A DNA stretch of 64,000 nt, from positions 1-64,000 of IMG/VR virus record IMGVR_UViG_3300023170_000014; one strand, written 5' to 3'. This document shows, piece after piece, positions 56,046-64,000 of the stretch. The notes under the pieces were generated by a model. It ran no database searches. It was not told the origin of the DNA and worked only from the letters and a program-made list of their open reading frames with translations. The first letter of the stretch is position 1. Each line of letters starts with the position of its first letter. The DNA comes from a virus. Its lineage: Duplodnaviria; Caudoviricetes. A program made the translations under genes and the position numbers.

Positions 56046-57140
56046 TTAATTGTTCGTTTTTTCTTCTTTTTCTAGTTTAGCATATTTCATTGCTTGTCCA
56101 ATAACTTGATGCATATCATAGTATTTATAGTTGCCAAGCCTACCTCCAAAAATAACTTTTGGTGCTTTTACTTTAGCCATTTTTCTATATTCATTATATA
56201 GATCGTTGTTTTTCTTATCGTTTATTGGGTAATAAGGTTCGCCAAACTTTGTAGGAAATTCTCTAGTAATGATTGTTTTGTCTGTTTTTAGTCCGGGGTA
56301 GAAATGCTTATGCTCAACAATTCTCGTATGAGGAATAAACTTTTCTGTATAATTTATTTGGGCACAACCTTGATAATATTCAGACTCATAAACTTCATTT
56401 ACAAGATCTAATGAACGATATTCAAGTTTACCCAGTTCATAATCAAAAAACTCATCAATTGGTCCTGTGTAAACGACTTTATGAGCCAATTCTTTAAGAT
56501 GATGAGCATATGGCATATTTGTTAGATATGGAATATCTTTAAGAATATTAGATATCATATCTGTATATCCGTTTACTGGGATACCCTGATAAGTATCATT
56601 AAAATAGTTATCATCAAAAGTCATACGAATAGGAAGACGTTTAATAATATCTGCTGGCAACTCTGACGGAGGTTTGCCCCACTGCTTCTCTGTATAGCCT
56701 TTAATAAGCGTTTTATAAACTTCTGGACCTACTTGTGATATTGCCCAAGTTTCTAAATTAGATTGTTTGTTTGGTAGTTCGTTCCATTGTTCAATCCAAC
56801 CTTGCAATTGTTTAATACTAGAAGCATTAGCAATTTCATTAAATGTTTTTAAATTGAAAGGTAAAGTATAAAATTTTCTTTTATAGAATGCCTTAACCCT
56901 ATGAGTATAATTATTAAACTCTGCATATTTATTTACAAAATCCCAAATATCTTGATTTGATGTATGAAAAATATGAGGACCATATTTATGAACATGAATG
57001 CCCTCATGCTTTTCTGTATATACGTTGCCGCCAATATGCTCTCGCTTATCAATTACTAAACAACTTTTTCCAGAATCGGTCATGATGCGAGCAAACGTTG
57101 CTCCAAATAATCCTGCTCCAACCACTAGATAGTCATACAT
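56046..57140 (-). CDS. glf: UDP-galactopyranose mutase
   Basis: YDYLVVGAGLFG..HIGGNVY..HKYGPHIFHT..YTEKQWG..RLPIR..YFNDTYQGIP..EPYYP..GRLGNYKYYDMHQ. Confidence 0.96.
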   Translation of the reverse strand: MYDYLVVGAGLFGATFARIMTDSGKSCLVIDKREHIGGNVYTEKHEGIHVHKYGPHIFHTSNQDIWDFVNKYAEFNNYTHRVKAFYKRKFYTLPFNLKTFNEIANASSIKQLQGWIEQWNELPNKQSNLETWAISQVGPEVYKTLIKGYTEKQWGKPPSELPADIIKRLPIRMTFDDNYFNDTYQGIPVNGYTDMISNILKDIPYLTNMPYAHHLKELAHKVVYTGPIDEFFDYELGKLEYRSLDLVNEVYESEYYQGCAQINYTEKFIPHTRIVEHKHFYPGLKTDKTIITREFPTKFGEPYYPINDKKNNDLYNEYRKMAKVKAPKVIFGGRLGNYKYYDMHQVIGQAMKYAKLEKEEKTNN

Positions 57141-57569
57141 CTAATTATTACTCCAATCTTCTGCCGTGCGAGCCTTAATCATCTTGATATCAGGAAAACC
57201 ATGCCTAAAATCAATCTCGCCATATTCATCATTACTTACAGAATAATAGACCTTACGAATACCCGCATCGTAAAGGTGGGCCATACAAGACTTACAGGGC
57301 TTGCTATTAGTGCGATTCTTACTCTTGGCAGATAGAGTTACAAGAAAACAATCTGCTCCTTCAAGGAACTTAGGGTTAGCCCTCCAAAGGGCATGAATCT
57401 CTGCATGAATAGAAATATAACTCTGCAACTTAAGATCGGACATATGCGCCCATCCGGTACTAATCTCTCCATCTCTATGGATAAGGGCACCGACCTGAAA
57501 GCGCTTAAGTGTAGAGCGCTCTGCCATATTCTCAGTTACAGCAAGAAACTCTTCAATCTTATTAGCCAT
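57141..57569 (-). CDS. zinc-dependent cytidine/deoxycytidylate deaminase family protein
   Basis: VGALI..HAE..PCKSC..GIRKVYYS. Confidence 0.85.
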   Translation of the reverse strand: MANKIEEFLAVTENMAERSTLKRFQVGALIHRDGEISTGWAHMSDLKLQSYISIHAEIHALWRANPKFLEGADCFLVTLSAKSKNRTNSKPCKSCMAHLYDAGIRKVYYSVSNDEYGEIDFRHGFPDIKMIKARTAEDWSNN

Positions 57570-57662
57570 TAATTACTCCTTATCTGGAAGTTTTTCTACC
57601 CACCAGTCGCAAGCCGATGGAGCCGCATCCAGCCGTGCGCGTATCTCTGCGAGGCGGTCACT

Positions 57663-57823
57663 CATACTGTTTCCTTTAGCAGACGTTCAAGTTCATTCAA
57701 CAACCATTCAATATCGCTTTGCATCTTATCTCGCAACTGCGCGTCTAGATCTGCACTCAACCCTGCTGGATAATAATTAGCCTGTGCCAATGTAGTGCGA
57801 ATTTCTTTAATTCGATAACTCAT
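57663..57823 (-). CDS. small hypothetical protein (not in ORF track)
   Basis: GGAGG RBS; MSYRIKEIRTTLAQANYYPAGL..DIEWLLNELERLLKETV; end coordinate approximate. Confidence 0.45.
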
Positions 57824-57825
57824 TA

Positions 57826-58353
57826 TCAACCTCCAAACTGCTGAATATAAGAATACATTGCGATACCGCTAGCCACTCCAACATTAAGAGAGCGGGTAGA
57901 TCCAAACTGAGGAATATAAACAACGTCGTCAGCAAGATCCATAGCCTTGTCGGTAACTCCAATGCTTTCCTGCCCAAAAACCATAATAGTCTTTTCGTTC
58001 CAATCATACTCACGGATATCCTGTGCATTATTGTAGTTTTCAAATACTACCACACGATAGTCAGGATGAGCATCTACCGTATTCTGTAGAGATGCACCAA
58101 ACTTAAGATGCTCATAGTGATGAGTACCGACAGCACCGCGACGGTCCCACCTTCGACGCCCAAGAATCCATACTTCTTTTCCAGTAAAAGCATTACAATT
58201 ACGAATGGTAGTGGAAATATTAAAATCCTTGTCAAAGTTTTCGATTGCAACAACAAACGGAAACCTCACCTTATCTAAAGATGCCTTAATAGCATCCTCA
58301 TTCCAATACTTATAGTAATCAATAACATTACGGCTGTCAGTGGCTGTATTCAA
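57826..58353 (-). CDS. TrmH/SpoU-family RNA 2'-O-methyltransferase
   Basis: ENFDKDFNISTTIRNCNAF..VFGQESIGV..VYIPQFGSTRSLNVGVASGIAMY SPOUT motifs. Confidence 0.9.
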   Translation of the reverse strand: MNTATDSRNVIDYYKYWNEDAIKASLDKVRFPFVVAIENFDKDFNISTTIRNCNAFTGKEVWILGRRRWDRRGAVGTHHYEHLKFGASLQNTVDAHPDYRVVVFENYNNAQDIREYDWNEKTIMVFGQESIGVTDKAMDLADDVVYIPQFGSTRSLNVGVASGIAMYSYIQQFGG

Positions 58354-58540
58354 ATTACAGTCCTTTCTCTATATTATTTTAATAATGGAGAGTTATCATA
58401 TAACGGTCCATGCTCATCTTGAACTATAGCATAAGCATGAAAAATGTCTATGTTATAGATATCACATATAACTTCAATTGAAGATATCATATTATCAGGA
58501 TATTTTTCTATTGCATATAATATTTGTTGATTAGTCATAG

Positions 58541-58612
58541 TGGCCCCACTAGGATTCGAACCTAGACCTGAAGGATTAAAAGTCCCCTACGCTGCCATTA
58601 CGCCATAGAGCC
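58541..58612 (-). tRNA. tRNA-Lys(TTT)
   Basis: cloverleaf; GGGGA-CTTTTAA-TCCTT; GGTTCGAATCC. Confidence 0.88.
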
Positions 58613-58704
58613 ATATATTAATCTTTAAGTCCCCAATATAAAAACCATAAGAATATTATAACAAGGACTACAAAGAAAAACCAGTCATACCACTGCCAAT
58701 TCAA

Positions 58705-58929
58705 TTAGTTTTCTTTCTGTTTCCATCTTTTATAGTTTATCACATAAATCGTTATGTATCCAACGGTGAGTAAGATAAATCCGTATTGTTTAGTCATTAT
58801 ACCATAAAAAGTCCAAAGGATTTCTAGGCAACCTAAATAAATCCAAGCCCAAAGTCGGTATTTCCCTACATTCCACATTCCAATTAAACTGAGTACTGCA
58901 AGCACCCAAGAAAGTATATAGATATTCAT
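58705..58929 (-). CDS. small PnuC-like membrane protein
   Basis: three TM segments; WAW..LW..YG..KQYG..Y.INYKRW pattern. Confidence 0.55.
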   Translation of the reverse strand: MNIYILSWVLAVLSLIGMWNVGKYRLWAWIYLGCLEILWTFYGIMTKQYGFILLTVGYITIYVINYKRWKQKEN

Positions 58930-58975
58930 AATATTATCCTCTATTACTTATGCTTAGTAATAAAAGATAAATAAA

Positions 58976-59046
58976 ATCCGGGACTAGGATTCGAACCTAG
59001 ATTAGAAGGTCCAAAGCCTTCTGTCCTACCATTAGACGATCCCGGA
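58976..59046 (-). tRNA. tRNA-Gln(TTG)
   Basis: cloverleaf; GAAGG-CTTTGGA-CCTTC. Confidence 0.88.
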
Positions 59047-59053
59047 GTAAAAC

Positions 59054-59221
59054 TTATTCAGTAACTTGTACTTCTTCTTGTTTAGTGGGTCGCAACCCAG
59101 CCTTTTTAATATTTTTATGCTCTTCTAGCATTTCTTGATGCTTTCGTTGACGTTCAACTTTATTTATTAACGCCCACATTTGATCACGTTGTCTACGCCA
59201 CCGATGCTTTGCTCTTGCCAT
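59054..59221 (-). CDS. small basic hypothetical protein
   Basis: AGGAGG RBS before MARAKHRWRRQRD. Confidence 0.55.
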   Translation of the reverse strand: MARAKHRWRRQRDQMWALINKVERQRKHQEMLEEHKNIKKAGLRPTKQEEVQVTE

Positions 59222-59246
59222 TATTCCTCCTATTTTTAAATAGTGA

Positions 59247-59319
59247 TAGCGCATAGGGGGTTCGAACCCCTGTTGCGGGAATGAAAGTCCCGAGTCCTAG
59301 ACCACTAGACGAATGCGCC
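59247..59319 (-). tRNA. tRNA-Glu(TTC)
   Basis: cloverleaf; CGGGA-CTTTCAT-TCCCG. Confidence 0.88.
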
Positions 59320-59354
59320 CTATAAGTTTGATTATATCAAAACCAAAATAGTTT

Positions 59355-59543
59355 TTATAGTTCTAAGTTTGGATCTTTTAAAGCATTTTGTAATCTTATC
59401 CATGCTTTTTCTTCTGCTTCTAGGTATGATTCAGCAGAAAAATAATTTTTATAAGTTTTACTTATATGAATGTAGTCAGATTTAGCCCTTTGGAACTCAT
59501 CAAACGGATCATCCATTGGTCTATAATCTATATCATTAGTCAT
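59355..59543 (-). CDS. hypothetical protein
   Basis: ORF between tRNAs; start 59543 or 59561. Confidence 0.5.
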   Translation of the reverse strand: MTNDIDYRPMDDPFDEFQRAKSDYIHISKTYKNYFSAESYLEAEEKAWIRLQNALKDPNLEL

Positions 59544-59621
59544 TGTTTCTTCTTCAACCATAGTCGCAATCCTTTGTTATTAGTTTCCGTAATAGAAAAT
59601 AATTATGCACTATTTTTTTAG

Positions 59622-59704
59622 TAGGGGCGGTGGGAGTCGAACCCACAAACCTTACAGGTTAAGGATTTTAAGTCCTCTGCGTATGCCAATTCCGCCACGC
59701 CCCC
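59622..59704 (-). tRNA. tRNA-Leu(TAA)
   Basis: long variable arm; GAGGA-CTTAAAA-TCCTT. Confidence 0.9.
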
Positions 59705-59745
59705 TTATTTCTTTTTGTCATGTATGCTCATATTAGTTCTTTTCA

Positions 59746-59817
59746 TCGGCCCACTGGGAATCGAACCCAGATTACGACTTTATAAGAGTCGCGTCCTAAC
59801 CGTTGAACGATGGGCCA
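59746..59817 (-). tRNA. tRNA-Ile(TAT)
   Basis: cloverleaf; CGACT-CTTATAA-AGTCG; A73. Confidence 0.8.
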
Positions 59818-59818
59818 G

Positions 59819-59900
59819 TAGGGAAGGAGGGACTTGAACCCCCACGCCTTGCGGCAACGGATTTTGAGTCCGTCGTGTCTGCCAATTTCACCACTTCCCC
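59819..59900 (-). tRNA. tRNA-Leu(CAA)
   Basis: long variable arm; ACGGA-CTCAAAA-TCCGT. Confidence 0.9.
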
Positions 59901-59903
59901 TCA

Positions 59904-59977
59904 TGGGCAAGGAGGGACTTGAACCCCCGACTTCCTGCGTGTAAAGCAGGCACTCTGACCAACTGAGTTACTCGCCC
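59904..59977 (-). tRNA. tRNA-Val(TAC)
   Basis: cloverleaf; CCTGC-TTTACAC-GCAGG. Confidence 0.9.
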
Positions 59978-59980
59978 AAA

Positions 59981-60053
<73 letters not shown>

Positions 60054-60060
60054 AGGATTA

Positions 60061-60252
60061 TTAACCTGTTAATCCTATACCGCTTGGTCTATCCTTTTGC
60101 ATCTGATCTGCCCACTGTTGGGCTTTCTTAACGCGAGGACGCTCTGCCGAAGGCATGCGATCCTGCTCTGACTTATTTGGATGAAGTACTTCGGGAGTCC
60201 CCTTGCGAGGATCTGTGTTCTTCTTACGCTCATTAACCATATCATACTCCAA
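60061..60252 (-). CDS. small hypothetical protein
   Basis: ORF fills the gap between tRNA-Gly and tRNA-Arg, downstream of TGATATAAT. Confidence 0.5.
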   Translation of the reverse strand: MEYDMVNERKKNTDPRKGTPEVLHPNKSEQDRMPSAERPRVKKAQQWADQMQKDRPSGIGLTG

Positions 60253-60280
60253 TCTGTTTTTTACATTATATCATACTGCA

Positions 60281-60351
60281 AGCGGCTAGTCGGAATCGAA
60301 CCGACGAATATGGCTTGGAAGGCCAACGTTTTACCCCTAAACTATATCCGC
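60281..60351 (-). tRNA. tRNA-Gly(TCC)
   Basis: 5' GCGGATA; TGGC-CTTCCAA-GCCA; U73. Confidence 0.85.
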
Positions 60352-60354
60352 ATA

Positions 60355-60426
60355 CTCGGGAGGCAGGATTCGAACCTGCGACATATCGGTTAACAGCCGA
60401 CTGTTCTACCACTGAACTACTCCCGA
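60355..60426 (-). tRNA. tRNA-Asn(GTT)
   Basis: cloverleaf; GTCGG-CTGTTAA-CCGAT; G73. Confidence 0.9.
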
Positions 60427-60455
60427 ACGTTGCTATTTAATTATAGCAACTAACC

Positions 60456-62264
60456 TTATGCAGCAGCAACTTCTTCTAAATCTGGAATATCGCAAACCCC
60501 ACCAACACACTCAAGAGAATTAAGTTCAGCAAAGTTAGATCCTTCAATGACAATACCTTGCTCTTCAATAATCTTTTTAGCCTCTGCTACAGGAATGTGT
60601 TCTAGTGGCTCTTCTCCGCGAGAACCTTGACGATAAATAGTTGTTCCCTTGCATGAATCAAGGTATTGTAACCATAAGTCGCTAAGATTGTCAAGTGGAT
60701 ACTCTTTTGGAAGATTAATTGTCTTTGATACTGCATTATCAATGTGCTTTTGCACAGTCTTCTGCATTTCAAAATGTGCTTCTACAGGAATGTCATAAGC
60801 ACCAACGGCAATCTCACCAAACTCCTTATATTCATCTGTAATAACAAGTTCTTGTTTTTTCTGGTCACGACCTTTTTCATCGCTAACACGATAACGACGC
60901 CAGTATACGGGAGCAAACAAAGGCTCAATGCCGCTAGTTACACCAGATACCATAGAAGTAGTTCCGGTAGGAGCAATAGTCATAAGGGCACAGTTGCGAA
61001 GACCGTGAGCCTTGATCTTGTTACGAATACCACGCTTAAGCGTCTTAGCAAAACCACCTTGCAAATATTTGTCACGATCAAAACCGGGGAATGGTCCCTT
61101 CTCAGCAGCAAGAGTTGCAGAAGCATCATAGGCTACATTCTTGTAAAACTCAAATAGTTTATTAACGAATTCAAATCCTTCTTCTGAATCGTAACGAAGA
61201 CCCAATTTTAAAAGCATAGTGTGAAGTCCCATAACGCCAGCGCCAAGGCGACGGTTCATGTGGCACTTCTCTTGAATCTCAGGAAGAGGAAAATGATTAA
61301 CATCAAGTACATTATCTAAGAAACGAACAGCAAGACGAATTGAAGCATCAAACTGGTCCCAATCAAATTCTCCGTCCTTAACAAATCTTGGAAGGACCAA
61401 AGAGCCAAGATCACAACAATCATATGCGCCTAACCAAATTTCACCACAAGGATTAGTAGAAATAAGTTCTTCATAGTAGTATATGTTGTTCATCTTGTTT
61501 GCAAGGTGCCCATTAAGAACACCCGGCTCACCAGAATTCCACGCATTTGTTACAAGAGTCTCCCAAACTTCTTTAGCCTTAAGGATTTCACCAGTTGGGA
61601 GTCCATTGAATTCTAATACAATATCACCATCTTCTTGAACTAATCTTACAAATTCTTCTGTTGGCATATTAAGAACAACAGAAATGTTTGCATTTTCAAG
61701 TTCTTGACGATCTAGTTTAACGTGAAGAAACTCTTCAAGATCTGGGTGATTAATATTAAGGCACTGCATAAGAGCAGCACGACGCCCACCGCCTTGACGA
61801 AGTTCATTAGCGATACCGTCTTGCATCTTCATAGCAGACACAGCACCTGTTGATACTCCACCAGTTCCCTTAATTGCGAATCCGCGAGGACGGGGCTTTG
61901 AATAGTTTGCTCCAATGCCGCCACCTAAACCTGAAATAACAGTAGTGTCATAAAGCATCTTTCCCCAACCTTCTCGGGAATCGTCTACTGGAATAACAAA
62001 ACAGTTAAGTAACTGTCCCTTTGGACGACCAGCCCCGTACCAAATACGACCACCGGGCATAAACCTATTTGTTACCAATTCCTCATAAAATTTTTCTGAG
62101 TACTTGTTAACTTTTCCATTAGTCTCTGCGTCAGCGATATGACGCGCAACTCTTTCGCAGGCTTCTTCCCAAGTCTCTTCTTCATTTCTAGCGTATCTCT
62201 CTTTAAAAATAATCTCTCCAAGTCCAGACGGACTAAACTTTTGCTGCTTCTCGTTCTCTTCCAT
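60456..62264 (-). CDS. nrdJ: adenosylcobalamin-dependent (class II) ribonucleotide reductase
   Basis: FMPGGR..LLNCFV..RQGGGRRAALM..TNPCGEI..CDLGSL..TIAPTGTTS..AVSKTINLP; C-terminal CVGGVC; no small subunit nearby; AAAGGAG RBS before ATG 62264. Confidence 0.88.
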   Translation of the reverse strand: MEENEKQQKFSPSGLGEIIFKERYARNEEETWEEACERVARHIADAETNGKVNKYSEKFYEELVTNRFMPGGRIWYGAGRPKGQLLNCFVIPVDDSREGWGKMLYDTTVISGLGGGIGANYSKPRPRGFAIKGTGGVSTGAVSAMKMQDGIANELRQGGGRRAALMQCLNINHPDLEEFLHVKLDRQELENANISVVLNMPTEEFVRLVQEDGDIVLEFNGLPTGEILKAKEVWETLVTNAWNSGEPGVLNGHLANKMNNIYYYEELISTNPCGEIWLGAYDCCDLGSLVLPRFVKDGEFDWDQFDASIRLAVRFLDNVLDVNHFPLPEIQEKCHMNRRLGAGVMGLHTMLLKLGLRYDSEEGFEFVNKLFEFYKNVAYDASATLAAEKGPFPGFDRDKYLQGGFAKTLKRGIRNKIKAHGLRNCALMTIAPTGTTSMVSGVTSGIEPLFAPVYWRRYRVSDEKGRDQKKQELVITDEYKEFGEIAVGAYDIPVEAHFEMQKTVQKHIDNAVSKTINLPKEYPLDNLSDLWLQYLDSCKGTTIYRQGSRGEEPLEHIPVAEAKKIIEEQGIVIEGSNFAELNSLECVGGVCDIPDLEEVAAA

Positions 62265-62328
62265 TCTACGCTCCTTTAAATACAACAAAGTACACTTTAC
62301 ATTACAGTAACTAAAAATAATTTAGATC

Positions 62329-62763
62329 TTACTTTCCAGAAGATCCGAACCCGCCGACACCCCTACCGTCGTGTGAAGGTGGAAGTTCGTTAACTTCTTC
62401 AAGAGAAACGCGCTCATGTTGAACAATAACTAATTGCGCGATCTTGTCTCCCTTTTTAATCTTATAGATATTGTTAGACAAATTTAAAAGCATTACTTTT
62501 ACTTCTCCACGGTATCCAGAATCAATAAGTCCGGGAGCGTTAGGGATGATAATGCCTTTCTTGCCCATAGAAGAGCGCGGAAGTACTAATCCGCAATATC
62601 CTAATGGAATAGCAATGCCTATCCCGGTACTAACTGAATTTACTTCACCCAAGTATAGAGTATAGTCTTCACAGGCAACCAAGTCAAGACCAGCATCTCC
62701 ATTGTGAGCAACTTCTGGGACTACAGCGTTATTATTTGATAAAATAATAGGTAAATGAAACAT
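62329..62763 (-). CDS. dut: trimeric dUTPase
   Basis: DAGLDL..PRSS..GLIDSGYRGEV..GDKIAQLV..RGVGGFGSSG. Confidence 0.96.
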   Translation of the reverse strand: MFHLPIILSNNNAVVPEVAHNGDAGLDLVACEDYTLYLGEVNSVSTGIGIAIPLGYCGLVLPRSSMGKKGIIIPNAPGLIDSGYRGEVKVMLLNLSNNIYKIKKGDKIAQLVIVQHERVSLEEVNELPPSHDGRGVGGFGSSGK

Positions 62764-62840
62764 TTAAGTAATGACCCCTTTTTCACTAAATAAGGTTGTT
62801 ATTCTAAGCCTTAAGATATAGATATCTAAAGAGAATAATT

Positions 62841-64000
62841 ATGCAATATAGATTTATTTGGAATATAGATCAAGATCAAATTCACTTTGTAAATAATTTT
62901 GATTTTGAAGAACCCCTAGAAGATAATTATATCACAGGAGACTATCTTCCTGCTGATAAATCTATTTCTTTATATAAAGAAGATGTTAAAGTTCCAATAA
63001 ATTTAGATTATTTTGTTCGTCTATGGAAAGCGTCTGAACCAGATAAAGAGATTGTTAGAGAAAGAGTAGAGGTAGTGAGTTTAAATAAAGTTTCAAACGT
63101 TAGACTTGCCTCAAGTCAAGAAGAAAAGTTGGTCGCCCAGTTTTTAATTGCTGAACATGGTCAAGATAGTATGTTAAATCTAGATAAACTTTTTGAAGCA
63201 AATCCTACTCCCGATGATGTAAGAAGATACTTTATTCCTTTTATAAAGAAGTTTAATCAAAACACTTTTAAGCAATTCCCTGACAACCTTCCTAGAAACG
63301 CAAAGCAATGGAGAGCCTTATCAGAAGAAGAAGTTTTTGCTTATGTAGAATATTTTGCAAATAATATATCAAGAGGCGATCAACAACTTGCTAATTCTTT
63401 AACTCAAGCAATGATGGATAAATGGGAAATGGATGGAGTTCCATTTGATCCTGCGGAATATATCATAGATGAGGGAATGATAAACTGGAATGAAGTTCGA
63501 TCTTTACTATTAAGAGAATTTGGCAATTCATTTAATTTGTTTTCTAAATGGGAAAAAGTTTCTGACTATGGAGGCTGGACAAACTGGGAAACGTTTTTGA
63601 CAAATAACATTATGGAAAACGAATTTAATATATATAAATATTTTTTAGATTTAGCAAAAAAAGCCATTAGTAAATACCCAAGTGAAACTTTTTTTGAATT
63701 AAAAGAAGTTTGGCGTGAAAAAATTGAAGAAATGGTTATTGATGTACATAACAGAACCTGTGACGAAACAGAACGAATTGATGATATTCTGAAAGTAGAC
63801 TTTGATGAAATTTTAGGTCATTGGTTTGAAAAAGTAAACGAAGAATTAGGTTACGATGAAGTTTATTCTTTACAAAGAAAAAATCAAATTCTAGATAAGT
63901 GGGAACCCGAAAGTTGGTGGAAAGGGTCTAAATGGAATAAAATCTCAGATCATAATGGCTGGACAAACTGGGAAACTTGGAACGTTAATCTTATGATGGA
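62841..64000 (+). CDS. third modular polyprotein, 5' part (runs off window; not in ORF track)
   Basis: open frame from ATG 62841 to window end; linkers NKVSNVRLAS, SKWEKVS, SKWNKIS; DKWEPESWWKGS at 63894; GWTNWET modules. Confidence 0.85.
   Translation, partial: MQYRFIWNIDQDQIHFVNNFDFEEPLEDNYITGDYLPADKSISLYKEDVKVPINLDYFVRLWKASEPDKEIVRERVEVVSLNKVSNVRLASSQEEKLVAQFLIAEHGQDSMLNLDKLFEANPTPDDVRRYFIPFIKKFNQNTFKQFPDNLPRNAKQWRALSEEEVFAYVEYFANNISRGDQQLANSLTQAMMDKWEMDGVPFDPAEYIIDEGMINWNEVRSLLLREFGNSFNLFSKWEKVSDYGGWTNWETFLTNNIMENEFNIYKYFLDLAKKAISKYPSETFFELKEVWREKIEEMVIDVHNRTCDETERIDDILKVDFDEILGHWFEKVNEELGYDEVYSLQRKNQILDKWEPESWWKGSKWNKISDHNGWTNWETWNVNLMM

Noticed and set aside
60181-60393. 70 aa plus-strand ORF
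   Set aside because: Antisense to tRNA-Gly and tRNA-Asn
60456-62264. Intein or intron in the ribonucleotide reductase
   Set aside because: Compact ~600 aa frame with contiguous motifs; no splice-junction or homing endonuclease signatures

Overview
AT-rich 64 kb segment of a large contractile-tailed (myovirus) phage genome, read in standard code 11. Rpf-like transglycosylase, MSMEG_6728-like glycosylase, PGRP-type amidase, a Bxz1-type capsid/protease module and a tRNA set for A-ending codons point to a high-GC actinobacterial host (inference). Layout: small early genes and a holin-like gene (0.1-3.9 kb); giant acidic modular proteins (3.9-18.4 kb); head genes with interleaved glycosyltransferases (18.5-30.8 kb); neck, tail and baseplate (30.9-54.8 kb); a minus-strand block with tmRNA, 11 tRNAs, glf, deaminase, TrmH, class II RNR and dUTPase (55.2-62.8 kb); and the start of another modular protein running off the window. 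The most notable signal is a putative virion polyprotein system. Three to four ORFs are strings of unrelated effector-like modules separated by basic K-x-A/S linkers, which also recur in the protease/scaffold protein. Many modules end in one of a few shared peptide tags (DKWEPxxWWKGS; a ~60 aa GPEETDENEAKKHR...WATEEDFPKK tag; QLxLF-like clamp-binding motifs). A HicA-like domain is inserted the same way inside the prohead protease. A second candidate system is virion O-glycosylation: G-T/S-[A/V] motifs saturate the exposed structural proteins, alongside three glycosyltransferases and UDP-galactopyranose mutase. All family assignments come from motif recognition by eye; no searches were run.
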